A stretch of 63,947 nt of DNA, filler included, from 6 parts of 6 records of this genome joined end to end with filler, not necessarily neighbours in it, one strand, 5' to 3'. Positions 8,779-19,035 are shown, counted from the first letter of the whole stretch. Numbers and translations are program-made. The notes: generated by a model from the letters alone, not told the origin.

Positions 8779-8871
8779 TCTTTTCCAGCAAGCGCCGGCG
8801 CATCGGCGCGGCCCCGGGCGGGCCGCGTCTGCGGCCTGCGGGCCACAGGGGCGCCGAAGGGGGCCATGACG

Positions 8872-8896
8872 GGAACAGTGTCGGGCCCGGGGCGTT
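8872..8896 (+). promoter_or_regulatory. EcfG-type promoter for yqaE-DUF4112
   Basis: GGAAC-N16-CGTT, 27 nt before ATG 8924. Confidence 0.85.
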
Positions 8897-8923
8897 CATC
8901 CCTTGAAAAAAGGGGTAACAACC

Positions 8924-9082
8924 ATGGATCTGTTGAAAATCGTCATTGCCATCCTGCTGCCGCCGCTCGGGGTTTTCCTCGAAGTCGGGATCGGCAAGCA
9001 CTTCTGGCTTAACATCCTGTTAACCATCCTTGGCTACATTCCCGGCATCGTTCATGCCGTCTACATCATCGCGCGGCGCTGA
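8924..9082 (+). CDS. yqaE: YqaE/Pmp3 family membrane proteolipid (52 aa, not in the ORF track)
   Basis: MDLLKIVIAILLPPLGVFLEVGIGKHFWLNILLTILGYIPGIVHAVYIIARR. Confidence 0.93.
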   Translation: MDLLKIVIAILLPPLGVFLEVGIGKHFWLNILLTILGYIPGIVHAVYIIARR

Positions 9083-9083
9083 C

Positions 9084-9608
9084 ATGCGAACCGTCGAACG
9101 CTTTTCCCCGAACGACTTCGGCGGCCTTTCCGCTGAGGTGCGACGCGCGGACAGCCAGCCGCTGACCGCCCCGGAGATCGCGGCGCGGCTGCGCCGGGTT
9201 GAGAACCTTGCCAACTGGATGGACGCCGGGTTTCGCGTGCCCGTCCTTGGCGTGCGGTTCGGTTGGGATTCGGTGCTGGGCCTCGTGCCCGTGGTCGGCG
9301 ACCTTCTGGCGGCCCTGCCGTCGCTGTGGATCTTGACCGAGGCGCATCGCATGGGGGCCCGGCGCGGCACGCTGCTGCGTATGGCCCTGAATGTCGGCGC
9401 GGATGTGGCGCTGGGTGCGGTGCCGATCGTCGGTGACATCGCCGACGTGGCGTTGAAAGCCAACCGCCGCAATGTGGGCCTTCTGCGTCGCGACATGGCG
9501 CGGAACGCGGCGGATGCCGGTCCCGAACGCCGTACTGCGCCCGGGGGGCGACCGGTTTTGCCGCAGCGCAGCATGGATGTGGAACCGCCGCGCGCCGGCC
9601 GGCGTTGA
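9084..9608 (+). CDS. DUF4112 membrane protein
   Basis: LANWMDAGFRVPVLGVRFGWDSVLGLVPVVGD...GAVPIVGDIADVALKANRRNV. Confidence 0.9.
   Translation: MRTVERFSPNDFGGLSAEVRRADSQPLTAPEIAARLRRVENLANWMDAGFRVPVLGVRFGWDSVLGLVPVVGDLLAALPSLWILTEAHRMGARRGTLLRMALNVGADVALGAVPIVGDIADVALKANRRNVGLLRRDMARNAADAGPERRTAPGGRPVLPQRSMDVEPPRAGRR
9581..9606 (+). promoter_or_regulatory. EcfG-type promoter for the PRC-barrel gene, inside the DUF4112 3' end
   Basis: GGAAC-N17-CGTT. Confidence 0.75.
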
Positions 9609-9656
9609 CTCGTCTGTAACCGGCGCCCTGTGGCGCCATTTTTATCGAGGTAACCC

Positions 9657-10343
9657 ATGCGACTGACCCGGATCAGAACCTTGCCCGTCGTCACGGAAGG
9701 CGGCCGCACGCCGCTTGGAACCGTGGACGACGGTCTTCTCGACCTGGAGCGTCGGCGGGTGGCCTATTGGTGCGTGCGCATGACGCGCGGAAACCGCCCC
9801 GTCCTGGTGTCCGCCAACCGCGCCTCGCTGGGAGAGGGCACGCTTGTCGTGCAACTGCCCGACCGTGAGCTGCTCGACGGCGCGACGGATGCGGCGCTGG
9901 ACGAGGATACGCTGGCCACCGGAACCCTGCCGGACGTGCTGGCCGCCGACCCTGACGAGGACACCTCGGAGGCGCGCGGCATCGGCCGGGTCTGGTCCGC
10001 GCTGGAGCGCACATGGCGCCCGCCGCCCCCGGCCAAACCGGCGAACGCCCCGACCAGCTGGGTCTGGGGGCGGGAGATGACCGGCAAGCCGTTCTTTTCA
10101 AACGAGGGGGAGCTTGGCCGCATCAGCGATGTCGAGATCGACCCGGCGAATGGACGGCTGAGCCAGCTTCAGGTCGCGCAGGGCGGCGGCGTGACGCTGC
10201 ACATCAACATGAGTGCCCTGCGGCACATCCCCGAAGGCCACAGCCATTTCGTCGCCCGCGCCAGCGTGGCCAGGGGCGGGCAGGCCCGGGGGACTTTCGC
10301 CGGATCGCGCAGTGACGACGGCCCCGAGCAGCCCGGCGCCTGA
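9657..10343 (+). CDS. Tandem PRC-barrel domain protein
   Basis: Two repeats of the PRC pattern (LGTVDDGLLDLERRRVAY; GELGRISDVEIDPANGRLSQLQV); GAGGT RBS. Confidence 0.7.
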   Translation: MRLTRIRTLPVVTEGGRTPLGTVDDGLLDLERRRVAYWCVRMTRGNRPVLVSANRASLGEGTLVVQLPDRELLDGATDAALDEDTLATGTLPDVLAADPDEDTSEARGIGRVWSALERTWRPPPPAKPANAPTSWVWGREMTGKPFFSNEGELGRISDVEIDPANGRLSQLQVAQGGGVTLHINMSALRHIPEGHSHFVARASVARGGQARGTFAGSRSDDGPEQPGA

Positions 10344-10591
10344 CCGGCTGCCGTGCCTCGACCGGGCCTGTCGGCTTCGGTCTTCCCGGCCAACGACGTG
10401 AAGCATCCCGCACTCGGGGCGCTTGTCACGGTCGAAGGGGATGCAGCGCTTCTTCCGCATCAGTTGTCTGCTCCTGACCGAAGGCCGGGCGTGTTGGTCC
10501 CGGACCTTTCTCCTAGATTCTCCGAAATGGCGCATTCCGTCCCCGGCACTGTCCGCTCGGGCCGAGCTTTGCACCCCCCGCGACTGTCGCC

Positions 10592-11305
10592 TCAGCGAAG
10601 CGCCTCTTCCAGCACGGCATCGACCTGCGTCCGGCTTGACTGACGGGCACGCGCGGCGTCGACGAGGGCGCGGAAGATCGCGCGCTGGCGCCGGGAGTAG
10701 AACAGATGCTCGGGGTGCCATTGGACCCCCAGCGCGAAGGGGTCCTCGTCCCGTTCGATCGCCTGGATCATCCCCGCCATGTCGCGGGCGGCTACGCGCA
10801 GACCCGCGCCGGTCTGGCGCACGGCCTGCGTGTGCAGGGCGTTGACCGTCATCACCTCGGGGCCGGCGATCCGGGCCAGCCGGGTGTCCGCCGCGATGCG
10901 GATGTCGCGGCGGGGCAGGATCGTGCGGATCTCGGTCTGCATCCCGTAGGTCTGCCACGCGCTCTGGTCGAGCGTGCCGCCGAAGGCCACGTTCATCATC
11001 TGCGCGCCGCGACAGATCCCCAGCACCGGAAGGTTGCGCTCCAGCGCCTGCCGCGCAAGCCCGCATTCCAGCGCGTCCCGCTCGGGGTCGAGCCGCGCGC
11101 TGACGCCCAGCTTGCCGCCGTAGAGATCCGGAGAGATGTCGTCGCCGCCGCCGATCACGATGCCGTCGACCGCGTCCACGTCGGGCGGGCGGCGGGTGTC
11201 CCAGCGCAGGGCGCGGCCCCCCGCGAGGCGGATGTTGAGCGCCACGAGCGGAAAGATGCGCCAGCCCGAGCGGCGCGAGACGGTGACGCCGATGCGCGGT
11301 TTCAT
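10592..11305 (-). CDS. Class I glutamine amidotransferase, peptidase C26 / PuuD-like gamma-glutamyl hydrolase
   Basis: GGGDDISPDLYG, nucleophile LGICRGAQ, VNALHTQ, GVQWHPE; ATGA overlap with the upstream amidoligase. Confidence 0.92.
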   Translation of the reverse strand: MKPRIGVTVSRRSGWRIFPLVALNIRLAGGRALRWDTRRPPDVDAVDGIVIGGGDDISPDLYGGKLGVSARLDPERDALECGLARQALERNLPVLGICRGAQMMNVAFGGTLDQSAWQTYGMQTEIRTILPRRDIRIAADTRLARIAGPEVMTVNALHTQAVRQTGAGLRVAARDMAGMIQAIERDEDPFALGVQWHPEHLFYSRRQRAIFRALVDAARARQSSRTQVDAVLEEALR

Positions 11306-12288
11306 GCGGTCAGGCCTGCCCCGGCCAGCATGTCCCCGACCCTTTGCCCCCAGGCGCCGCGCCCGCTGAGCAAAGAGGCCGCATGCACGCGCCGCGCCTC
11401 TGACAGGCGGTGCATCAGGGCGGTGTCCACGGCCACCGTCTCGATCAGGTGCCAGTCGGCCCAAGCCCCGGCGAGGGACCACCCGGCCTCGTCGATCCGG
11501 CTGTCGGGCAGGCGGAAGTGAAAGGTCGGGCGGGCGTTGGTGAGCCCGTCGTCGCCCTCCTTGAACAGCCGCTGGAAGCGGCGGTCGTCGAGGTGGCGGA
11601 ACAGCGGCAGCAGGTCCAGCCCGTGGTTCCGGCTGGTGATGTGGCGCGCGTAGAGCACCATGAGGTCGCGCAAAGAGGCGGTTTCGGCCTCGGCCAGCGC
11701 GTCGATCAGCGCGGCGGGCCAGCGGTCCACGAAGGGCAGCAGGCGCCGGGTGCCGTCGATCGGGTCATGGGCGCGCAGGTAGTCCTCCAGCAGGCCATAG
11801 GCGCGGATGGTGGCGGTGGTCAGGGGGTGATCCTCGCCCGCGATCTCGGGGTTGAGATGGACGCCGAAACCATAGAACACGCCTTGGCCCGACCCCTTGG
11901 CCCCGGCGCGGCGCAGGGCGCCGAGGGCGCTGTCGAGCCGGGGCAGGACATCCACGGTGATCGGCGCGGTGATGACCTCGACCGGGACGAGGCCGCGCGC
12001 CAGTTCCAGACCGTCGCGCACCAGCCGGCTGTCGGATTTCTTGCGGAGCGAGGCATCCAGTTCGACGGTCAGGTCGCCGATCTCGCTGTTGCAGAGGCTG
12101 TAGTCGAAGGTCGCCGTCTGCTCGACCGAGCCGCCCAGTTCCTCGGCCAGCACGCGGGCGACCTCTGCCTCGTCGAGGCCCGCGAATTCGATCTCGACGC
12201 CGGTGCGGCGCGGCTTGCCCTCGGCGGTGTCGGGGACCGGAAGGGGCGGGAAGGGCGGGGCGGTTCCCCGGGGGGCGTGCAACGTCAT
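11302..12288 (-). CDS. Putative amidoligase (COOH-NH2 ligase type 2, glutamine synthetase/GCS fold)
   Basis: GVEIEFAG, EVITAP, FGVHLNPE, RPTFHFRLP; ATG 12288 overlaps the upstream stop (ATGA); alternative start 12312. Confidence 0.85.
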   Translation of the reverse strand: MTLHAPRGTAPPFPPLPVPDTAEGKPRRTGVEIEFAGLDEAEVARVLAEELGGSVEQTATFDYSLCNSEIGDLTVELDASLRKKSDSRLVRDGLELARGLVPVEVITAPITVDVLPRLDSALGALRRAGAKGSGQGVFYGFGVHLNPEIAGEDHPLTTATIRAYGLLEDYLRAHDPIDGTRRLLPFVDRWPAALIDALAEAETASLRDLMVLYARHITSRNHGLDLLPLFRHLDDRRFQRLFKEGDDGLTNARPTFHFRLPDSRIDEAGWSLAGAWADWHLIETVAVDTALMHRLSEARRVHAASLLSGRGAWGQRVGDMLAGAGLTA

Positions 12289-12506
12289 TTGCGGCGTCTC
12301 CGGATCAGCCATGCGGCGGCGAGACCCGCGCCGAAGGCCAGCGCGAGCGTTTTCCACGCGGTCTTGCGGGGCTCTTGAACCACGCGCACGGGCGGCTCCT
12401 GCCGGGGCGTCTGGTCCGGGGCCACGAGCACGATCAGCCGGGCGGCGAGCGCGCTGCGTTCGGCCTCGGCCCGGCGAGCGAGATATCTAGAGGTCTCGGC
12501 GGGCAC
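12285..12506 (-). CDS. Small tail-anchored membrane protein (DUF3618/YqjK-like position)
   Basis: C-terminal LALAFGAGLAAAWLIRRRRK; GAGGAGG RBS before GTG; overlaps both neighbours. Confidence 0.65.
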   Translation of the reverse strand: MPAETSRYLARRAEAERSALAARLIVLVAPDQTPRQEPPVRVVQEPRKTAWKTLALAFGAGLAAAWLIRRRRK

Positions 12507-12897
12507 GCAGCACCTCCTCGACGGCAGCGATGTCGGAGCGCAGCTGCGCCAGCGTCTTGTCGGGTTTCAAGGCTCCGGCGGACAGGCGCCCACGGGCCAT
12601 GAACAGGCAGACCAGCGCCAGAAGCAGCACCGCGCCCGCGACGATGAGGGCCGAAAGCCAGACCGACAGCCCGGTCCATGCATGGAGCCCGGCGACGGCG
12701 GCGGCGGCCAGCACCTGAAGCATCACCATGAAGAGCAGGGCCGCGACGACGTAGAGCACCACGCCAGAGCCCGCCCGCGCCCATTTCTCCGAGATTTCCC
12801 GGCGGGCCAGCAACAGCTCGGTCTGAATGTGCCCCTTGGCGAGGGCGATGATCTCGGGCAGGAGGCGGGTCAGGTCGACGAGCCTTGCAGTGTTCAT
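12487..12897 (-). CDS. Phage-holin-like (YqjE/YhjD-type) two-TM stress protein
   Basis: IQTELLLARREI, two TM helices, KPDKTLAQLRSDI. Confidence 0.8.
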   Translation of the reverse strand: MNTARLVDLTRLLPEIIALAKGHIQTELLLARREISEKWARAGSGVVLYVVAALLFMVMLQVLAAAAVAGLHAWTGLSVWLSALIVAGAVLLLALVCLFMARGRLSAGALKPDKTLAQLRSDIAAVEEVLRARRDL

Positions 12898-12967
12898 GCG
12901 GGGCGTCCCGGTCGCGCCAAGGGCCGCGGGGGCGGCGCGCCTTTCCTATCGTGTCGTTCGCGGGGGC

Positions 12968-12992
12968 AACGCCCTTGGCCCCCGAAGGTTCC
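12968..12992 (-). promoter_or_regulatory. EcfG-type promoter heading the holin-like / amidoligase / GATase operon
   Basis: GGAAC-N16-CGTT on the minus strand, 70 nt above ATG 12897. Confidence 0.8.
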
Positions 12993-12995
12993 GCC

Positions 12996-13095
12996 NNNNN
13001 NNNNNNNNNNNNNNNNNNNNNNNNNNNNNNNNNNNNNNNTTAATTAATTAANNNNNNNNNNNNNNNNNNNNNNNNNNNNNNNNNNNNNNNNNNNN
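12996..13095. other. Artificial contig spacer
   Basis: N run with TTAATTAATTAA (stops in all frames). Confidence 0.99.
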
Positions 13096-13215
13096 CTCGT
13101 CGAAGGGGTTCATCGACATTTTTACGTTGGCGAGATCGACGCCGCTGCCATCCGCTTTGACGCGAACTTTCACGTTATAGTCGATCACGCGTTTCACAGG
13201 CACGATTACCTTCAT
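13096..13215 (-). CDS. etfB: Electron transfer flavoprotein beta subunit, N-terminal fragment cut by the contig edge
   Basis: [40 protein letters not shown]. Confidence 0.93.
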
Positions 13216-13519
13216 TTGCGTGGTCTCCCTTAAATTCCGGGCAGCCGCGCGGGCGACTCCCCCAAAATAGCATTCCCGCGCTTGATATATTCTTGCGCGG
13301 CGATGAAACAGGGCAAAATCGTCACCTTAGCGCCCCGCGACGTCGCGTTTTGGGTTTTTGTGCCACGATCCTTGCCAGATTGTGTCGGCCCGCGACATAA
13401 ATGCAGCCCCCCAGGGGGCGGGGCTGTGCCCGTCCTTAGCGGTTCGCGCCCTCCCTTTGGGCCTGGGCTTCGCCCTTCGGGTCGCTGGTCCGTGCCCCGC
13501 ACGGCCCACCGCTGACATG

Positions 13520-14092
13520 TCAGCGGTTCGCGCCCGGAACCCACAAAACATCGGCGCGGCCTTCGTCGTTTGCGATGCGCGCGGCCACGAAAAACCAATC
13601 GGACAGGCGGTTGAGATATTTCACCGCCTCGGGGTTTACCGATTCCATCGTGGCCAGCTCGACCGCCAGCCGCTCGGCGCGGCGGGCCACGGTGCGGCAG
13701 ACATGCAGCTGCGCGGCCAGCGCCGAACCGCCGGGCAGGATAAAGCTGCGCAGCGCCTCAAGGCGGGCATTCATGGCGTCGATTTCGGCCTCTAGGCGCA
13801 GCACCTGTTCTGCGGCCATGCGCAGCGGCGGGTATTCGCGCTCGGCGTCTTTTTCCATGTTGGGCGTGCACATATCGGCGCCCAGATCGAAGAGATCGTT
13901 TTGAATGCGCGCCAGCGCGCTGTCCATCTCGGCTTCGGCATGCAGGCGGGCCACGCCCAAAAAGGCGTTCAATTCATCTGATGTGCCATAGGTTGTCACC
14001 CGCAGCGCATGTTTGGCCACACGCGCGCCATTGCCCAAAGCGGTTTCGCCGTGATCGCCGGTTTTTGTGTAAATCTTGTTTAAAACAACCAT
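13520..14092 (-). CDS. pduO: ATP:cob(I)alamin adenosyltransferase, PduO type
   Basis: KIYTKTGDHGET, DELN, QNDLFDLGAD, FILPGG, RTVARRAER, YLNRLSDWFF. Confidence 0.95.
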   Translation of the reverse strand: MVVLNKIYTKTGDHGETALGNGARVAKHALRVTTYGTSDELNAFLGVARLHAEAEMDSALARIQNDLFDLGADMCTPNMEKDAEREYPPLRMAAEQVLRLEAEIDAMNARLEALRSFILPGGSALAAQLHVCRTVARRAERLAVELATMESVNPEAVKYLNRLSDWFFVAARIANDEGRADVLWVPGANR

Positions 14093-14104
14093 ATCAGCCC
14101 CCAG

Positions 14105-14302
14105 TTATTTGCGCAGCCAAACGAACAGCAAAATCAGCACCACAGCTGCAAATTGCGCATAGATGCGCCAGCGCATCATTTGGTTCGATCGTTTCGCCGC
14201 CTCCATCGTGCCTTTGCCGAAGTTTGCGATGCCAAAAATCAAGATCACCACCACCAACAGGCAGGCCCCGGCAACCACAAGAAAAAGTGGGTCGTTTAGC
14301 AT
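14105..14302 (-). CDS. HIG1-like twin transmembrane helix small protein
   Basis: Two TMs flanking SNQMMRWRIYAQ. Confidence 0.85.
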   Translation of the reverse strand: MLNDPLFLVVAGACLLVVVILIFGIANFGKGTMEAAKRSNQMMRWRIYAQFAAVVLILLFVWLRK

Positions 14303-14429
14303 TGTCGCATCTCCAACTTCGAAACTTTGGGGTGATGTAGCAGCGCGTGGCAAAAAGGCGAACCCGAATCGTTTGATCCGCGGCCCGCGCCCTGCGGCAT
14401 CTGGCCCTAGCCCTAGCCCTGGCCCCGCC

Positions 14430-15260
14430 CTAGCCCTTGGCCAGCAGCCAATCCAGCGCGCGGGTTGGCAGAATGCGGCGCAAGCTGCCCATGATATAGG
14501 TGGGTGTGGTGACATAATAGCGCGGCGCGGGGTTTGGGCTGTTCAGCGCCTTAAGCAATTTTGCCGTGACCGCCGATGGTGGCAGCTCAAACCGGTCTGG
14601 CCCGCGGCTTTCATAGAGCCGCTTAAGCAGGGTTGCGCGGTATTGCTCGGCCCGCGGGCTGTTTTGCCAATCGATCCATTTTTCAAAATGGGCAATTGAA
14701 TTCGCCCGGATCTTTGATGTCACCGGCCCCGGTTCGATCAAAACCACATGAATGCCGGTGCCGCGCATTTCGATGCGCAGCGTGTCGCTTAAGCCCTCAA
14801 GCGCGAATTTGCTGGCATTATAAGCCGCGCGCCAGGGCGCCACCACCAGCCCCAAAACCGACGAGCAGTTAATGATATGCCCATGGCCCTGGGCGCGCAT
14901 CACGGGAATAACCTGGCGTGTCAGATCGTGCCAGCCAAACACATTGGCCTCGAAAACCGCGCGCAACGCGCCGCGCGGCAAGTCTTCGGCGGCGCCCGGG
15001 CAGGCATAGGCGCCGTTGTTAAACAGCGCATCCAGCCGCCCGCCGGTGGCGGCCAGCACGTGGCCCAGCGCGGCGCTGATGCTGGCCTCGTCGGTGTAAT
15101 CCAGCTGCACCGCGTCAAAGCCTTCAGCGGCCAAGCGCGCCACATCTGCCTGTTGTCGGCAGGCGGCAAACACCCGCCAGCCGGCGCGGCGCAGCCCGTG
15201 GGCGGCATCATAGCCAATGCCAGAAGAGCAGCCGGTGATCAAAATGGAACGCTGTGTCAT
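14430..15260 (-). CDS. Short-chain dehydrogenase/reductase (YbbO-like)
   Basis: ITGCSSGIG, NNGA, YNASK. Confidence 0.92.
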   Translation of the reverse strand: MTQRSILITGCSSGIGYDAAHGLRRAGWRVFAACRQQADVARLAAEGFDAVQLDYTDEASISAALGHVLAATGGRLDALFNNGAYACPGAAEDLPRGALRAVFEANVFGWHDLTRQVIPVMRAQGHGHIINCSSVLGLVVAPWRAAYNASKFALEGLSDTLRIEMRGTGIHVVLIEPGPVTSKIRANSIAHFEKWIDWQNSPRAEQYRATLLKRLYESRGPDRFELPPSAVTAKLLKALNSPNPAPRYYVTTPTYIMGSLRRILPTRALDWLLAKG

Positions 15261-15373
15261 GCCCTTGGTAGAGGGGATTCGCCGCCATTTTGCAACGCTG
15301 GGCAGCTTTGGGCGGGAAAGTATTTTAGCGATGCCGCCTTTACGGCTTTTACACCTGCGTCTATCACCAAGAC

Positions 15374-17806
15374 ATGAGCGATACATCCGACGATACCGGG
15401 GCGAACCCGTCAAACATCTCCGAAACGTTGCGCCGTGCCATTGGCGAGCGGTATTTGACCTATGCTTTGTCCACCATCATGCACCGGGCACTGCCGGATG
15501 CGCGCGATGGGCTAAAGCCCGTGCATCGCCGCATTCTTTACGCGATGAACCGCTTGCGGCTGGCGCCTTCGGGCAAGTTTTTGAAATCGGCCAAGATCAG
15601 TGGCGACACGATGGGCGATTTCCACCCCCATGGGGATGCCGCGATTTACGATGCAATGGCGCGATTGGCGCAAGATTTCACCATCCGCTATCCGCTGGTC
15701 GACGGGCAGGGCAATTTTGGCAATATCGATGGCGATAACCCCGCCGCCAGCCGCTATACCGAGGCGCGAATGACGGTGATGGCCGAGGCGCTGCTGGCGG
15801 GGCTGGATGAAGACGCGGTTGATTTTCGCCCCAATTACGATGGCCGTTTAAGCGAGCCTGTGGTGCTGCCGGCCTCGTATCCCAACCTATTGGCCAATGG
15901 CGCGTCGGGCATTGCGGTGGGCATGGCCACCAACATACCCCCCCATAATATCGACGAGCTGATCGCGGCTTGCTTGCACCTGATCAAAGCCCCCGATGCG
16001 CGCGATGATACCTTGTTGCAATTCGTGCCTGGCCCCGATTTTCCCACCGGCGGTGTCATTGTCGAGCCGCGCGAAAATATTGCCGAGGCCTATCGCACCG
16101 GGCGCGGCGCGTTTCGGTTGCGGGCAAAATGGCAGGTCGAAGACCTGGGCCGCGGCCAGTGGCAAATTGTGGTGACTGAAATCCCCTATCAGGTGCAAAA
16201 ATCGAAGCTGATCGAAAAACTGGCCGAGGTGATCCAGACCAAGAAAGTGCCGCTGCTGGCCGATGTGCGCGACGAATCGGCCGATGATGTGCGCATCGTG
16301 CTGGAACCGCGCTCGCGCAATGTCGAGGCGGATATGCTGATGGGCATGCTGTTTCGCAACTCGGATCTCGAGCTGCGGTTTTCGCTGAACATGAATGTGC
16401 TGATCGATGGCCTGACGCCCAAAGTATGCTCGCTAAAAGAGGTGCTGCGCGCGTTTTTGGACCACCGCCGCGATGTGCTGGGGCGGCGCACGCGCCACCG
16501 TTTGGCCAAAATCGACAACCGGCTTGAGGTGCTCGAGGGGCTGCTTGTTGCGTTTTTGAACCTCGATCGCGTGATCGATATCATCCGCTATGACGACGAT
16601 CCAAAAGCTGCGTTGATGTATGAAAATTGGTCGCGCGCGCATCAGGCCGGCATCGTGCGTGCCACCTCCGAGCGCGATTACCTGTCGCCCCTGCGCGGGG
16701 TCGATCGTGGCGCGCTGCGCCTTGTGGCTGATCCGGCCGCCGCGGCGCCGGGCGCAATGGTAGAGGGGGCCGAAGATGCCAGCGCCGCCGCCGCGCCCCA
16801 GCGCTTTGATGGGCGCGACGATGGCCTGTCGGATGTGCAGGCCGAGGCGATTTTGAACATGCGCCTGCGCAGTTTGCGCCGCCTCGAAGAAATGGAGCTG
16901 CGCGCCGAACAAGACCGGCTGATGGCCGAGCGGGCCGAGCTGGTTGATTTGCTGGGCGACGAGGGCCTGCAATGGGACCGCATCGCGCATGAGCTGCGCG
17001 AGGTGCGCAAAAACTTTGGCGCCAAGGCCGAAGGCGGCGCCCGCCGCACCGTGTTTGCCGAAGCGGGCGAAGTGGAAGAGGTGCCGCTAGAGGCCATGAT
17101 CGAGCGCGAGCCGATCACAGTGATCTGCTCGAAAATGGGCTGGATCCGGGCGATGACCGGCCATATCGATCTGACCCGCGAGCTGAAATTCAAAGATGGC
17201 GATGGCCCGCGCTTTGCCTTTCATGCCGAAACCACCGACAAGCTGCTGGTCTTTGGCACCAATGGGCGGTTTTACACCATTTTGGCGGCCAACCTGCCCG
17301 GGGGCCGCGGCATGGGCGAGCCGCTGCGCCTGATGGTTGATCTGCCCAACGAGGCCGAGATTTTGGAAATCTTGATCCACAAGCCCGGGCGCAAGCTGCT
17401 GGTGGCCTCTAGCGCGGGCGACGGGTTTATCGTGCCCGAAGACGAGGTTGTGGCCCAAACCCGCGCAGGCAAAGTGGTGCTGAACGTCAAAGACGATGTG
17501 CGCGCCCAAGTGTGCCGCCCGGTTGCGGGTGATGCCGTGGCTGTGGTGGGCGAAAACCGCAAGGTGCTGGTCTTTGATATCGCCGAGCTGCCAGAAATGG
17601 CCCGCGGTAAAGGGGTGCGTTTGCAAAAATACAAAGATGGCGGGCTAAGCGACGCGCGCACCTTTGTGCTGGCCGAAGGGCTTAGCTGGCAAGACCCGGC
17701 AGGGCGCACCCGCACCGAGGTGGAATTATCGGAATGGATGGGCAAACGGGCCAGCAGCGGGCGCATGGCGCCGCGCGGCTTTCCGCGCGATAACCGCTTT
17801 ACCTGA
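15374..17806 (+). CDS. parC: DNA topoisomerase IV subunit A
   Basis: [36 protein letters not shown]; no GyrA box; C-terminal [14 protein letters not shown]. Confidence 0.96.
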   Translation: MSDTSDDTGANPSNISETLRRAIGERYLTYALSTIMHRALPDARDGLKPVHRRILYAMNRLRLAPSGKFLKSAKISGDTMGDFHPHGDAAIYDAMARLAQDFTIRYPLVDGQGNFGNIDGDNPAASRYTEARMTVMAEALLAGLDEDAVDFRPNYDGRLSEPVVLPASYPNLLANGASGIAVGMATNIPPHNIDELIAACLHLIKAPDARDDTLLQFVPGPDFPTGGVIVEPRENIAEAYRTGRGAFRLRAKWQVEDLGRGQWQIVVTEIPYQVQKSKLIEKLAEVIQTKKVPLLADVRDESADDVRIVLEPRSRNVEADMLMGMLFRNSDLELRFSLNMNVLIDGLTPKVCSLKEVLRAFLDHRRDVLGRRTRHRLAKIDNRLEVLEGLLVAFLNLDRVIDIIRYDDDPKAALMYENWSRAHQAGIVRATSERDYLSPLRGVDRGALRLVADPAAAAPGAMVEGAEDASAAAAPQRFDGRDDGLSDVQAEAILNMRLRSLRRLEEMELRAEQDRLMAERAELVDLLGDEGLQWDRIAHELREVRKNFGAKAEGGARRTVFAEAGEVEEVPLEAMIEREPITVICSKMGWIRAMTGHIDLTRELKFKDGDGPRFAFHAETTDKLLVFGTNGRFYTILAANLPGGRGMGEPLRLMVDLPNEAEILEILIHKPGRKLLVASSAGDGFIVPEDEVVAQTRAGKVVLNVKDDVRAQVCRPVAGDAVAVVGENRKVLVFDIAELPEMARGKGVRLQKYKDGGLSDARTFVLAEGLSWQDPAGRTRTEVELSEWMGKRASSGRMAPRGFPRDNRFT

Positions 17807-17810
17807 TCTG

Positions 17811-19035
17811 TCAGGCGCTATTGCCCAGCGGTTCGGCCATCAGCCACACACCGCCTTGGGGGCGCAGGGTTAAAATCATCACCGGGTCGGGGTTGCGCCC
17901 CGGCACCGGGGTGAAATTGAACCGCGCCAGCAGCGTGGCCAGAATGATCACCGCCTCTTGCAGCGCAAAGCTGGCGCCAATGCAAATGCGCGGCCCGTCG
18001 CCAAAGGGCAGGTAGGCGTAGCGGTCTATTGCCTTGCGCTGGGCAAAACGATCGGGATCGAACTGATCGGGGTTTTCCCACAGCAGGTGGTTGCGATGCA
18101 GCGCATAGATCGGCACCATCACCGTATCGCCCGGCAAAACCTGCCGCCCGCATAATGTGTCATGGCGCTGTGCGGTGCGGCTGATGATACCGGCCGGCGG
18201 GTATAGGCGCAGCGCCTCGTCAATGATTTGGCGGGTGTAGGGCAGGGCGGGCAGGTCTTTGGCCTGCGCGGCGCGGGGGCCCAGGGCTGCGCGCGCCTCG
18301 GCGCGGGCGCGCGCCTGAACCGCTGGGTCGAAAGCGCATAGATACAGCGCCCAAGACAGCGCCAGCGCCGTTGTTTCATGGCCCGCCACGATGAATGTCA
18401 GCAGGTTGTCGCGCAGCTCGGCTGTGTTCATCTGGCGCTTGGTTTCTGGGTCTTGGCCCGCCAGCAGCAGATCCAGCAAATCGGGTATGCGGCCGCTGGG
18501 GCGCATGCGGCGCGCATCGATGGCCTGATCGGCCACCGCCTTCATCTGCCGCAACGCCGCCCCCGACATCACCCGCCCCGGGCGTGGCACCCACTCGGGA
18601 AAGCCCAGAATATCAAACAGGCTAATTTTGCCCGCCTCGGCGATATAGGCATCAATCGCCTTATGCACCGCGTCGCGATCGAAAGCCCCATCACCAGAAA
18701 AGGTGACATCCGAGATCACATCAAAGGTGGCGGCCACCATTTCATCGGCCATGTTCACCGCACGCGCGCCCGCCTGCGCCACCCGTTCGGCGCTGCGCTC
18801 GGCCGCGGCGGTCATGATCGGGGCCAGGTTGGTGACGTTGCGGTGGCTAAACACTGGCGCCGCCGCCCGGCGCTGCCAGCGCCAATGCGCCCCCTCGGCG
18901 ATAAAGAGCGACTCGCCAATCGCGGGGCGCAGCAGGTTTTTTGTGACATCGGATTTTGGGTAATCCTCCAGCCGATCCAGCAGCATATGCCGTATGGCGC
19001 CCGGATCCATCACCATATGCCAGCGCTTGCCGGTT
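17811..19035 (-). CDS. Cytochrome P450, 5'-truncated by the contig edge
   Basis: AGHETT, EALRLYPP, FDPDRF, FGDGPRICIG. Confidence 0.95.

Noticed and set aside
12487-12897. Holin as evidence of a prophage
   Set aside because: No endolysin or phage genes nearby; this family occurs in stress operons and sits under an EcfG promoter.
14403-14436. GCCCTA/GCCCTG hexamer run after the SDR stop
   Set aside because: Short low-complexity microsatellite with no evidence of function.
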